Translations under genes and position numbers: made by a program
DNA from: Eledone cirrhosa
Taxonomy: Eukaryota
Reading direction: 5' to 3'
Assembly: GCA_964016885.1 (NCBI GenBank)
Contig: OZ024754.1
Location: 39,308,001-39,372,000 of the forward strand
DNA length: 64,000 nt
Notes under the pieces: generated by a model
What the model saw: the letters and a program-made list of their open reading frames with translations, nothing else
Told to the model about the DNA's origin: nothing
Databases searched by the model: none
Shown: positions 24,851-39,216 of the stretch, piece after piece
Position numbering within the stretch: position 1 is the stretch's first letter
Layout of the letters: each line of letters begins with the position of its first letter

Positions 24851-25020
24851 ATTTCACAGACAAAATGTAAAGGTCACACCATGGTATTGAACTCAATAAC
24901 TACCTATTTCACAGACAAAATGTAGAGGTCACACCTAGGTATTGAACTCAATAAGTACCTATTTCACTGACAAAATGTAGAGGTCACACCCAGGTTTTGA
25001 ACTCAATAAGTACCTAATTC
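24851..25020. repeat. 55-bp triplication
   Basis: atttcacagacaaaatgtagaggtcacacc...gaactcaataagtacct. Confidence 0.85.
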
Positions 25021-26954
25021 AGTTCTAGTAAGAATTTACTGATACTTCAGTGACTTTCAGTAATAAAAAAAAACTGTCAATAGTTCCTTAACCCTTTTAA
25101 TACCAAACCACCTGAAATTACTAAAGAGTCCTTTCTCAACCCTACCAATTCAAATTCACTGCAGGATAATTTTTTGGAAAGGAAACACATATTATAACAG
25201 AACATTTAATTCTACATTCCTCAAATCACTCTGCATATATTCATGTATCTTAGATACATTAGTGTCAAATCCCAGAAGGGATTTGTCTCATCTACTTAAT
25301 TCCATTAACCTTTTTGATACAAAACCACCAGAAACCTCTTCTGGTTCCACACTACAAAACTGTTTATTTTAAAGTGTTTATATTTATCTAAAACCTTCCA
25401 TCACACTTGAGTTAAAAGCCAAATCAAAGAAACATGCCTCGTTTTAACCCTTCACCATTTACATTGCTCTACATATACTATTGTAGTTTCTCAGTAAAGG
25501 CTTTATCTCCCATAATATCAAATCTATGAGATTTTGATATTTATTTTGAGAAAATACCTTAACATCAGTATGAATGGCTAGTTACAGCCATTTTGAACAG
25601 AAAGAGGTGAGAGAATTTTAAATGCTAAAGGATTAACCCTTTAACATTTACATTACTCTATATTTACTATTATATTTTCACGGTAAACACTTTACCTCAC
25701 ATAATTATCTCACATAATATCAAATCTATGAGATTTTGATATTATTTGTTTTGAAAACAATACCTTAACATCAGTATGATTGGCCAATTACAGCCAGTTT
25801 AATGTTAATCCATTGTTTTACATAAATTGGTGACTTTATTTCAATGTTTAGCTCTATATAAAGTGGATAAAGTGGTGTCTCTATATAAGTTGCCTTTTGC
25901 TATTACAATCTAATTAGTAATTAAATACAGCTATTATTAGTAAAATCTTTGTACATTTAACGAAAGAACAATTTCAATGACTGTATAATCGTACCACTCC
26001 ATGAACGATCTGAGCTGATTTACAGCACACAAGGAGAATTGATTTAGATATTTATTTACTTACAGGCAGAACAAGTATGCCTAAAATGAAAAAGGTCTCA
26101 TATGAAAAGTGGACAAACTTGTTATTAAGAAGAATGTGCACTAAATAGTAACTTTAGGCTGATATTTTATGATGATAATTTAAGGGAAAGTTGTATGCTA
26201 GAACTAACAGAACAAATAAAAATAAAATACATGATGATACATATATTAATGCTGGAGTGGACAATAGTGTCACAACACTCAGTTTACAAATAAAACTTCC
26301 TAGTTAGAATCCAGTCTGGTATTATGTCCGGGAATAAAACAGCTGGTGACGACTGGGAACCAATGAAAATGTGGTGTAGATATAAATATTGATTCCTTAG
26401 TTACAAGGCCAACAAACTTTTGGGAAAAAGGCAAAGTTGATTAAATCATTCCCAGTGCATTACTGGTACTTTATTTTATTGATTCCCCCCACCACCGCCC
26501 CCGGATGGATGAAAGGCAAAATTGGCCTCTGCAGGGTTTGAACTCAATGTCAAGAACCAGAAGAAATACTGCAATGAGATTTTATTTACTAGTTCTGCCA
26601 ATCCACATCCCTTGAAGATGTAAATATCAAAACATATTTCATCCTTAAAGATGAGGTTAATTAGTTTAAAATATTAACAATAACTCAAACGTTTAGTCAT
26701 AGCTGTTGCAGTCCTCCTTGTTATCATTATCATCACTATCATCCTCATCATCATCAGGTGATGAGAGCTAGCAAGTACATTTTAAAATAGTTACTTGACC
26801 TGTTGCAGCAACTGCCAAATCTACCTCACCTCAACAGTCTAACTAGCTAGCATCTTTAAAAATAGGACTAAAACCACAACCCAAAACTACCAGTACATTC
26901 CTGATTTAAAGATAACAACTGAAAGGCTTCACTGCTCACTGAGCTATTTCAAGT

Positions 26955-27525
26955 TTAGCTTACATTAAAACAGATAGAAATTTTAACCTACATTAAAACA
27001 GGGATGAGGTTTAAACCTACATAAAAACAGGGTTGATGTTTAAGCCAACATAAAAACAAGGTTGAAGTTTAAGCCATTAAAACAGATATAAAGTTTAGCC
27101 TACATTAACCCTTTAGCATTCACATTACTCTATATATACTATTATATTTTCATGGTAAATGCTTTACCTCGCATAATTATCTCACATAATATCGAATCTG
27201 AGATTTTGAAAGTATTTATTTTGAGAATAATACCTTAACATCAGTTTGAGCGACCAGTTATAGCCAGTTACAACAGAAAAAGGTAGAGAATTCTGGCCGG
27301 TTTGAACATTAAAGGGTTAAAACAGATATAAAGTTTAGCCTACATTAAAACAGATATAAAGTTTAGCCTACATTAAAACAGCTATAAAGTTTAGCCTGCA
27401 TTAAAACAGCTATAAAGTTTAGCCTACATTAAAACAGATATAAAGTTTAGCCTACATTAAAACAGCTATAAAGTTTAGCCTGCATTAAAACAGATATAAA
27501 GTTCAACCTGCATTAAAACAGATAT
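26955..27525. repeat. ~28-29-bp minisatellite
   Basis: ttaaaacagatataaagtttagcctaca units. Confidence 0.85.
27105..27320. mobile_element. piggyBac-like MITE inserted in a minisatellite
   Basis: TTAA TSD falls within the ttaaaacagatata repeat unit. Confidence 0.85.
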
Positions 27526-28949
27526 AGGCCCAAATTTGACCATACCAATAGAGGAGATATCAAATTAGTGACCTTCCTTCAACTACCTTCACAAGATCAC
27601 AACATCCTATGAGGTAACATTACAATATGTACTGAAATCTGAAATATGTGTAACAAGAGATGGGCTGCTTATTATAATACCAACCACAGCATATGTTTTA
27701 GTACAAAGTTTGGCTGAAACTGTTCTCCTTTATTTTCATTGTTCTATATCAGCTGTGTATCAATTTCTTTTGTTTAAGCAACAAATCAATATTCAATAAC
27801 CAATATATTACTGGTATTGGTTTTACCATTTTTGAAGGATCAAAACAATGATGGCTTTAGTTCAGAATAGCAAGGTAGATAAGGTTAAGTGTATAGACCC
27901 CACAATCTACTGTCACACCTCTGAGTTTAGATCTTGCTGTGGCCTACTTGGATGATAGGCTTGATCCACTGGTTTAACACCACATCTGATACTTGTATGT
28001 CTTTAGAAGAGTCTATTCTGTCATGACCTGGTTTAACACCACCATCTGACAATTGTATGTCTTTAGAAGAGTCCATTCTGTCATAGTCTGGTATGGAGAT
28101 AGCAGTATGGTTAGATTTTACTTGGGATAGGATAGTGAAGGCCACTTAATCTGTGAAAAACCATATATCTGATATAAAAGGTTTTTATAAGCCCAAGTTA
28201 CTATATATACTCATATACAAATCAGTCGTAAACAAATCACCCCTCCTTTGTGTTTGTAATATTTTGGCTTAGTCATATGGTGTTTTTTCATAAATACTGT
28301 TGACAACTTTACCTGTTGTTGCATTTAACCATTAACCATTCAAACAAGCCGTATCTGGCCACAATTCTCTCACCTCTTTCTGGTTCAAACTGGCTGTAAC
28401 TGGCTGCTCATAGCAATGTTATGCGAGATAATTATGTGAGGTAAATCCTTTACCATGAAAATACAATAGTAATATACACCCCAATCCACTACCCCTACCC
28501 TATCCTCCCACTCCCACCAACACCACCCTCTCTCTGTAAAGTTGGTACCACAACATCCAGTCCAAATAAATGAGATATCGAGATTGAGACCGTGTAGGTG
28601 TCACAACAAAAAATACACAGTCCATGCTGTAATGTGGCCGTGTAGGTAACACGGTAAAAACCTCCTAGTCCACACTGTAAATGTGGTTGGTGTTAGGAAG
28701 GGCATCCAGCCGTAGAAAGTCTCCTAGTCAGTCCTATATGAGCGAGACACGATCACCCGACCAACCTTGCCTCAAGTGGGACAACTCCCGTCTAACCAAT
28801 GCTAGCGTGGAAGATGGACATTAAATGATGATGATGATGATGATATATAGAGTAATGTGAATGCTAAAGGGTTAAATATGAACATTTTAAAATCAAACGT
28901 CTATCATCATCATCACCGTTTAATGTCCATTTTCCATGCTTTCATGGGT

Positions 28950-29469
28950 TAACTTGGTCCAAAACCAAGAAGAATAGAATCAATCTTTCCACTATTCCAC
29001 ATCAATATACTTGTAAATAATTCAGTTTTTTATTTTATATTGGGTATCAAAAACCACATGAAACTTATCTAGAGCCTTACACCAGGCTTGAAATTTTCAG
29101 TCTCTCTCATGATGGAGACTCTAGTGTCAGCTGGTTATTTCACCACTCCCTCAATATGAATACAGAAATTGTAAAACAACTATGCATTGATGATCAACCA
29201 CTTAAGCAGAATTTAACAACCACTTAAGCAGAATTAAATTTTACAAAACGAACCTGCCTCTGATAATACACAGTTTCATGATTTCATGAATTTATATATC
29301 ATGAGAGAGACAGAGACTGAACATTTCAAGCCTGGTGTAAGGCTCTCTAGATAAGTTTCATGTGGTTTTTGACACCCAATATAAAATAAAACACTCAATT
29401 ATTTACAAGTATATTGATGTGGAATAGTGGAAAGATTGATTCTATTCCTCTTGGTTTTGGACCAAGTTA
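28950..29469. mobile_element. Foldback element with ~165-bp inverted arms
   Basis: 28950-29112 is the near reverse complement of 29298-29469, with TA at both ends. Confidence 0.8.
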
Positions 29470-29689
29470 CGAGGGCAAGAGTAGAGGAGAAGTGTCAAAT
29501 GTGAGGTGATGATGATAGCCTACTTATCTCAATCTTATTCTTATGACATTATTTATTGTTCTTGTGTCCTTTACATGTAATTAGACCCAGAGTTCATATA
29601 CTGCAAGATAATCAACTGTTTATTATACATGTCTCTTACAACACTGATCCAATAACAGCCAATCTGTAATATTTCTGTCTAATAATAGT

Positions 29690-29956
29690 TTCTGATATAA
29701 GCACAAGGCCAACATGGAGTCCGGCGCTCTACCAATTCTGCTGCCAATCCACCGCCCTAAAAATAATTGTTTCTATTTTTGGCACAAGGCCAGCAATTAT
29801 CCCAGTGCATTACTGGTACTTTATTTCATCGACCCCGTAAGGATGAAAGGCAAAGTTAACTCCAGCAGGATTTGAACTCAGACTGTAAAGGGCCGTAACT
29901 CCATGCTACAAAGCATGAAGTCCGACCCTCTACCGATTCTGCCAATTCACTGCCCT
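29690..29956 (-). mobile_element. SINE family A copy plus fragment
   Basis: Reverse complement of the family A consensus. Confidence 0.8.
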
Positions 29957-30015
29957 AATAATAATAATAATAAACATTTGAAAGAAATCAATATTAAAGA
30001 AACAATGTGCTGCAG

Positions 30016-30057
<42 letters not shown>

Positions 30058-30145
30058 TCACACACACACACATTCAGTCAAATAATGTAATGATCTTTCT
30101 GCTGTTTTTTACAATTAATCTATAGTGCGTGTGTGTATATATATT

Positions 30146-30175
<30 letters not shown>

Positions 30176-30176
<1 letters not shown>

Positions 30177-30779
30177 CATCATCATCATCATCAACGTTTA
30201 ACGTCCGTGTTCCACGCTTGCATGGGTTTGGACGGGGGTAGTCCCACTTGAGGCAAGAGTGATTGTCTTGCTCGCATAGGACTGTCTGGCAGGTTTTCTA
30301 CTGTTGGATGTCCTTCCTAACACCAACCACATTTACAGTGTGGGTCTGGGAGGTTTTTACCGTGTTGCCTACACGGCCACATTACAGCGTGGACTGTGTG
30401 TTTTTTTTGTCGTGACACCTACACGATCTCATTTGTTTCGGCCTGGATGGCGCGGCACCAACATAACTTTACATAGAACGGGGTGGTGTGGATGGGGTGG
30501 GGGTGGTGGTGGTGGGACGGGGTGTATTTTGTTAGAGATGCCTACTGGCTGGAGTAGGTTTTACTATATATTTAGGTAAGGCGGGTCTTCTCTGTTACTG
30601 AGTACCGCCAAAGGTCTCGGTCCAGTGACATTGTCTTGGAGAGGTGTAAGTGTGTGATGTCGGAGTTTATCAGCTCGTCCCAGGTTTTTCTAGGTCTGCC
30701 TATTCCGTGACTACCGTCTATCTTTATTGCCCTGCACTTTGTTATACAGCTATCGACTTTCATGCGCATCACGTGTCCA
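30176..30779 (-). mobile_element. RTE LINE 3' fragment, near-identical to 42313-42918
   Basis: Translates GHVMRMKVDSCITKCRAIKIDGSHGIGRPRKTW... and carries the same 3' UTR. Confidence 0.9.
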
Positions 30780-31578
30780 AATATATGCACAAATATATAA
30801 ATACACACATTTTGTTATTTTCTTATTATGTGGTGAAAAAGTGGGGGTTAAACAACACAACTAACTTTTCTCTTACTGGTTACAGTCATTAGACTGTAGC
30901 TATGATATCTCTTAGCTGGAGACATCACAGTCATGATAATGCAGGAAATATATCACCTGTGTCCTGTTCAGTTAAATAACACAGCTGACACCTCTTCACT
31001 GCAACAGTTTCTTATTTCAGTGAAAATATCAATTCTCAATGAAATATGAAGCCCTGGTTTAACATAGTAATGTACACAGTTGCTAGGAGTGTAACATAAT
31101 AAGAAATATTACTATTTGGGGAGTGGCATATCAACAAGTACTATTGCTAGGATCATCATTCAAATCTATTGAAGTGATCAGAAGATCTTAATTCCACAAT
31201 GAGTCTAAATGTGTACATATGGCTGGCTCTCTCTCTGTGTATATATATATATAGTTCAAGGAGACAACAAACAGAGGTACAAAACGTCTTATTAGTTTTA
31301 CGTTTTGTATGGAAAAGGGGAAAGAAAGTTCAACATGTTGGGCTTAACCCTTTAGCATTTAAACTGGCCGTATCCAGCCAGAATTCTCTCACCTTTTTCT
31401 GTTCAAACTGGCCGTAACTGGCCATTCATACTAAATAACATCAAAATCTCAAAGATTTGATATTATGTGAAATAATGCCTTAACCGTGAAAATATAATAG
31501 TATATATAGAGTAATGTGAACAGGAGTACAAAATAGAGACAGGATCACAAAGGAGAAACAGAAATAAAAGAGGTCCAA

Positions 31579-31616
<38 letters not shown>

Positions 31617-31875
31617 ATAATTATAAATGTGAAGACTACAATCCAAAGAGGGCTTGATAAGGATAAATATATGTTTCAGAAGATCCCGTTAAGAGTGAAA
31701 GCAGCGATTCTTTGCTTAAACTTTAATCTGTTATTTTAAGAGAGAGAGAGAGAGAGAGAAGGAATTTGTAGTTTACTTGAAGCATTGTATATGGTATAAA
31801 GAATTCAAAGTTTGAAAGCCACGACGGGTTGGACAGAGAATAATTAAATCGTCAGAACAGGGTTTTTTTTTTTAC

Positions 31876-31913
31876 CTTAATTTATTCATGTCCTGATATT
31901 TCGAGATTAACAT
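31876..31913 (-). CDS. MOB2: Candidate MOB2 first coding exon (MLISKYQDMNKLR)
   Basis: The AG|gtaaaa donor has the phase 2 needed to join 23216 in frame. In-frame ATGs at 31913 and 31889. It sits in a unique CpG-enriched stretch (31840-32340). There is no homology support. Confidence 0.45.
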
Positions 31914-32354
31914 CTCTTCTTCCGAGGAAAATAAAGAAACTATTCCACCAACAGAGGCAGACAGGACAGCCCCAACACCGAACCTTGTGGTGCATCGACC
32001 AACAACACACCACTCGCTGTAAGACACCTCGTCACGGACTTGATAGGATCTCTCTCCCGAGACGAACCAGATCTCTTGGTCCCAAGCTCATATTAACACA
32101 GAAATTGGACGATAGGTTATGGCTCGACCTAGTGACGAGTTTTTGGTCGACTGCCTACCAGCTAAAATAGATATCGGCCACCAGCAGCAACGCTACCGAA
32201 ACTGACACTTCCACCAGATTCCAGATATACCAACTAGACCACCCACTCTGCCCACCACCAACCAACCGTAAAAAGCAACCCCTGTTCTTACGATTAATTA
32301 TTCTCTGTACAAACCCACACCATAGTGGCTTTCAAACTTCGAATTCTTGATATT

Positions 32355-32406
<52 letters not shown>

Positions 32407-32617
32407 ATCATCATCATCGTTTAACGTCTATCTTCCACGCTAGCATGGGTTCCATGCCAGTATGGATTACAGATGTAAATGGATAATGATGAATGAATAA
32501 TGACACGCAGGCATATATAAATACATACCTGCACACATATACATACATACATACCCACACACACACACACATATGCATACATACATACACACACACATAT
32601 ACATACATACACACACA

Positions 32618-32657
<40 letters not shown>

Positions 32658-33418
32658 TACACACATACATATACATTCATACACATACATACACACATAC
32701 ATACATAGACACATACAAAGATTTATTCACCTTAGTAACAAATCTTTCTGAAAAAATAATCTTGACTGTTTCCTTGGCAACAGAATTGTAGGTCTTTCTT
32801 GAAATATACCATTGCTACCACCACCGCCATTACAACAGCACAACCACCACCACCACCACCACCACCACACCACCTCAACCACCACCATCACCTCACCACC
32901 TCAACCACCGCTTCCACCCCACCCACCATCATCACCCCAACCACCACCACACCATCATCATCACCCCAACCACCACACCACCATCATCACCCTAACCACC
33001 ACCACACCACCATCATCACCCCAACCACCACCACCATCATCACCCCAACCACCATACCACCATCATCACCCTAACCACCACCACACCACCATCATCACCC
33101 CAACCACCACACCACCATCATCACCCCAACCACCATACCACCATCATCACCCTAACCACCACCACACCACCATCATCACCCCAACCACCCCACCACCACC
33201 CCAACAACCCCACCACCACCCCAACAACCCCACCACCCCAACCACCACCACACCACCATCATCACCCCAACCACCACCACACCACCATCATCACCCCAAC
33301 CACCATCACACCATCACCACCATCACCACCACCACCACCACATCACCCCAACCATCACCATCACACCACTACACCACCACCACCACCACCACAGATATTG
33401 TCTCCAGCTGTGCCAGTT

Positions 33419-33456
<38 letters not shown>

Positions 33457-33586
33457 CTAGGAGCAAGGATTGAAATAATTACAGGATTTAAATAGGGAAA
33501 ACTAAGAACAAATAGTCTGAAAATTATAAACAATCTATTAATATAATTTTCAGTATGTCTTCTGTTTGCCATATATATGTGTGTGT

Positions 33587-33619
<33 letters not shown>

Positions 33620-33627
33620 TATATATA

Positions 33628-33966
33628 TAGGCACATGGCTTAGTGGTTAGAGCATTGGCCTATCAATCGAAAGGTTGTGAGTTCAATTCTCAGACCGGGC
33701 GATGTGTTGTTTCCTTGAGCAAGACACTTTATTTCACATTGCTCCAGTTTACTCAGCTGTAGAAATGAGATGATAGGGACTGGGGTCCCTATCATTCCAC
33801 TGCAAAGTGGTCGTGGAGGTGCCACGGCAAAAAAGCACCCAGCACTCACTGTAAATGAGGTTGGTGTTAGGAAGGGCATCCAGCTGTAGAAATGAAGCCA
33901 GCATCAGTTCCCGTCCCACCCTTGCAAGCAGGGAAAAAGCGAACGTAAAATGAAATGATGATGATG
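33628..33966 (+). mobile_element. SINE family B copy
   Basis: Highly similar to 2969-3300; ends in (GAT)n. Confidence 0.85.
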
Positions 33967-34107
33967 AATGATGATATATATACAAATGCATATGTATGTA
34001 TATATGTATGCATATATACATATATACAAATACTTAAGTATGTATATATGTATGTGTATATATGAATGTGTATGTATGTGTATATATGAATGTGTATGTA
34101 TGTATAT

Positions 34108-34162
<55 letters not shown>

Positions 34163-34227
34163 TGTATGTATATATGTATGTATATATGTATGTATATATG
34201 TATATATATATGTATGTATATATGTAT

Positions 34228-34299
<72 letters not shown>

Positions 34300-34356
34300 A
34301 TACATATATACATACATATATATATACATATATACATACATATATACATACATACA

Positions 34357-34417
<61 letters not shown>

Positions 34418-34560
34418 ATATACATACATACACATTCATATATACACATACATACACATTCATATATACACATACATATATACATACTTAAGTATTTGTA
34501 TATATGTATATATGCATACATATATACATACATATGCATTTGTATATATGTATATATATG

Positions 34561-34610
<50 letters not shown>

Positions 34611-34737
34611 CATACATATATACATACATACATATATATATACATATATACAAATACATACATATATATATGTGTGTGTGTATATATGTATACACACACA
34701 TATATATATATTTACACACACATTACATAAAAATAAA

Positions 34738-34789
<52 letters not shown>

Positions 34790-35049
34790 GACATCACCAT
34801 CTTTTCCATGCTTGCATGAGTTAGAAGGCTGTAGTTTGCCGTAGGTCAAACTGGTCAGGTGACTAGGTCCCTGCTCAGCTCTTGTACCTGTTTTGGCTTG
34901 TTTCTACAGCTGGATGCCAGACTAATCTGGAGACATGGTGTGAATAGAAATATCAGACAGACTGTTGCAAATATAGAATTACAAAAAAAACACACCAGTA
35001 ATTATGAAACCTAACTGAAACAACATTAGAACTCATTATTTCTATTATT

Positions 35050-35352
35050 TTACGATCGGAGTTCAAATCCCGCCGAGGTTGACTTTGCCTTTCATCCTTA
35101 CGGGGTCGATAAAATAAAGTACCAGTAATGCACTGGATAATTGCTGGCCTTGTGCCTAAAGTAGAAACAATTATTTCTATTATTTTAACTCAGATCAAAA
35201 AGGTGCAGCACAGAGTTACGCCCCTTTATGATCTGAGTTCAAATCCCGCCATGGTTAACTTTGCCCTTCATCCTTACGGGGTCGATAAAATAAAGTACCA
35301 GTAATGCACTGGGTAATTGCTGGCCTTGTGCCAAAAGTAGAAACAATTATTT
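35050..35352 (+). mobile_element. Two 5'-truncated SINE family A copies in tandem
   Basis: The B box-core-tail block occurs twice. Confidence 0.8.
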
Positions 35353-36284
35353 CTATTATTTTATATTGAAATATACTCCAACAGAACAATATACTGAGAA
35401 ATATTGAAATACATACTCGACAGGAACAAAAACCATGGCTTTATTTCATAATTATTTCACTAACAATATATTGTGTAACCTCAAATAACACAATAGTTGA
35501 AATAGAAAAAATGGCATGAACCCATCAACTATGAAAAAAACGTTTTAAGTAAATTAAAGAAAAAAAATCCAGCAAAATATTTCACAAAGAACCATGAAAC
35601 TTGAAACTATTTGCATGATAGGGAATTGTGGGTATCTGCAGCCATAGAACTGTAAAGACAGCTCTTATCTGTGGTTAGGGAAGTTTATATACAGGATCTT
35701 ATTAACTACATTACTATCTTTACTTTTTCCCTTCACCACCACCACAACACCACCACTACCACATCACCAACAACAATGCACCACCACCACCACAACCACA
35801 ACACCACCGCTGCCACCACTACAACACCCCCAACACACCACCACCACATCACCAACAACAACAATACACCACTGCCACTACACCACACCACCACAACTCC
35901 ACCACTACAACACCCCCAACACACCACCACCACAACGCCACCACCACCACAACACACCATCACAACCACAACACCACCGCTGCCACCACTACAACATCCC
36001 CAACACACCACCAACACTACAGCACCATTTTTTGTTTGTTTTATTTGTTTCCATTACTTTTCTTCCATTCCTTATTTCTTATTTTTGTTTTTTACAAAGT
36101 TGATTTCACAAAATATTTGTTTCTTAGTAAAGACTGTTGTATGTTAAACCAGCTCCAGCCACTTACAATATGAAGCTCATTCAAAACTTGAATCCATAAC
36201 ATTTGTAAAATAGATTTAAAACCTATTGTTATATTTAGGGAAGGTCATGTTGTCCTAATATTGCCAGAACAATATAGTAAAACA

Positions 36285-36381
36285 CACTCCAAGTATCGGT
36301 CGCTCTCCGACAGGTTTGCGGTCGTGCCCCTAGCAGTGGAGACTTCTGGTGTCCTTGGCCCTAGGGCTACCTCCTTACTTA
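36285..36381 (+). mobile_element. Fragment of CRE-type RLE non-LTR retrotransposon
   Basis: Translates SKYRSLSDRFAVVPLAVETSGVLGPRATSLL, the KY..L...F.P.AVET.G..GP motif of the RLE domain. It runs into an (ACC)n-rich tract. Confidence 0.65.
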
Positions 36382-37876
36382 CCACCACCACCACCACTAC
36401 CCCACCACTACCATTTTGTCACTATTACCACCATCAGCAGTACCATTTTACCACTATTACTTCCACCATTACCATTACCACCACCACTACCATTTTACCA
36501 CTATTACTTCCACCATTACCACCACCACCACCACCACTACCATTTTACCACTATTACTTCCACCATTACCATTACCACCACCACCACTACCATTTTACCA
36601 CTATTACTTCCACCATTACCACCACCACCATTTTACCACTATTACTTCCAACACTACCCCAATACACCACTACCACTGCAACACTACACTTTGTTGAAAA
36701 CACTCAAGTGACACCAAATATTCTAGAAGCAATGGGTATTTGGCATTTTTATGGTTTTCTGTTCAATACTTTCCTTATCATTCCTTAAACACCAGGGAAG
36801 CAAAATGAATAAATAGATGAAATTTGTAATGTAGTCACCCAAACGTAAATGACTGTAATAATAGTTTATCACTCTAAATAAAAGTTGAGAAAATCAAGTA
36901 AAGTACTCCTGGAAATAGAAAAAAATAAATGGATATATATACACTATAGAGATATAAATACTATTGATATATAGATACTTGTAATAGTATTGGTAATTAA
37001 TGATGTATTGGTAATTAATGTAGAGCAACCTTCAGAGATCATTACACAGAAAGTTATAAATTATAATTTATCATCTAACTCAACATAGAGGTTAGCTGGA
37101 TAGTTTACAGTAATTGTTGGCATTTAAATATTGTTGCTGTTACAGCTCTCACATTTGTAGGTTTAGCTGACCTCCTACAAGCTTTTATTTCCTAAGAGAT
37201 TTCTTGGGTGTTTTAGTGATAGAAGCTCCAGTTCTATCATGTTACAGCTCAAATCTATGTAGGTTTGAGTTGTAACAGGATATGACAGGCAGTGGGGCTC
37301 CTATTATCAAATTACTCAAGAAATCTCCTACGAGGTCAGCTAAACCTACATAGATATGACTAGGGTTCGTATTATTAATGCCCTCAAATTACATTCTGCA
37401 GTTTTAATGGACAAAGAACACATTGTAGTCATAGATATACTATGCCCCAGAAAAAAAAAATGAAATGAGAAACGAAAGTTACAACCTTCCCCCAAGTAGG
37501 TTTAGCTGGTCTCCAATGAGGTTACATCTCATAGATTTCTTGGGCCCTAGAAATGAAGTGTTTAATCAAGAACACATGCCATTTGACCTGAGAATTTAAC
37601 CCATTACTTTATGATCACGAGTCTAACACCTTAACCACTAGGCCACAAGTCTTTACTATGACCTCAACAGGGAAGAGGGATATGTCTGATACTCATGAAT
37701 GCTTTTATGGGACAAAAGAATGTCATGATCATTAGAAACTGATGAAGCTGACACTTTGAAGAAAGTACAAGACTGCAGGAAGGTATTTTGAGAAGTAAAG
37801 TGTAATCACGTTGGTTAATTCAAGGCTATGAGATAAATTAACGAGTAACTAACAATTACAGGTTAACATTAATTAT

Positions 37877-38060
37877 TGGATTGGCAGTATCGGTAGAGAG
37901 TCGGACGCCATGCTTTGAAGCATAGAGTTACGTCCCTTTATGATCTGAGTTCAAATCCTGCCGAGGTTAACTTTGCCTTTCATCCTTACGGGGTCGATAA
38001 AATAAAGTACCAGTAATGTATGGGTATTTGCTGGCCTTGTGCCTAAAATAGAAACAATTA
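37877..38060 (+). mobile_element. SINE family A copy
   Basis: Matches the family consensus; attaattattg is duplicated on both flanks. Confidence 0.85.
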
Positions 38061-39216
38061 ATTATTGAGATGTTTAGAGTAGTTTACTGGCAGAAACAGA
38101 ACATTCTAATGATGGTAAAAGAAACTAAAAGACAGAGGCGCTAAATTATTTTCATTATGTGGTTTGTGTTGGGAAGGATGTAGAGTCACAGAACCCAAGC
38201 CAGGAGCAAACATAATTTCACAATTCTTTACCTTCAAATCAATTTAGTTTTTATACAATAAATTTCAGTGAAATTCATTAACTCTTTAGCATTTAAACCA
38301 GCTGTAACTGGCCATAATTATCTCACCTCTTTCTGTTCAAACTGGCTGCTCATACTTATGTTAAGATACTGTTCTCACAATAAATAATATCAAAATCTCA
38401 TAGATTCTATATTATGTGAGATAAAGTGTTTACATTAAAATATAAGAGTAAATATAAAGTAATGTAAATGCTAAAGGGTGAAACTACCAGCTACCATCCT
38501 AACTAGTCAAATAGACTACTTTTGGCTACGTTTCAGAAGTCTTTCATTAGTGGGCAACTTTACCTTGAAATCAATTTGGTTTTTATACAACAAATTTCAG
38601 TGACATTCATAAAACTACCAGCTACCATCTTAACTAGTCAAATAGACTATTTTTGGCTAGGTTTCAGAACAGTCTTTCGTTAGTGGGCAATTTTACAAAC
38701 TAAATGCAATGTGATTCACTAAAGTGATTAGCATAACAAGGTGTTCCTATATACACAATAGTTAACAATAGAATGTATAAATAGTTACTTTGTACACATT
38801 TCAAATATAAACAGTTTGAGCTACAATAAATTTTATTTGGGCAGAAACAGTTGAAAAGGATTATGAAGTGTTTGGTTGGTGGAACTTGTAATCTGTAAGG
38901 ATTAATTCTTTATCCCATACTGATAGTGACATTACTGTTGTGGAGAAGTTGAACTAGTACCAACTAAATCTGATACATTGTCACTGCTGCCACAACCAAC
39001 ACCCTCCCCCCTGCTGACATCACCACCACCAACCCACTGCTGCCATCACCACCACCACCACCACCACTCTGCTGATACAACCAACACCCTCCCACTACTG
39101 TCACAACCACCACAGCTGCTACCACAACCGGCACCACCACTGCTCCTTCCACCATCCCTTCTCTGCTGTCACCACTGGTGCCATCAACACCACCACCACC
39201 ACCACCACCACAGCTG

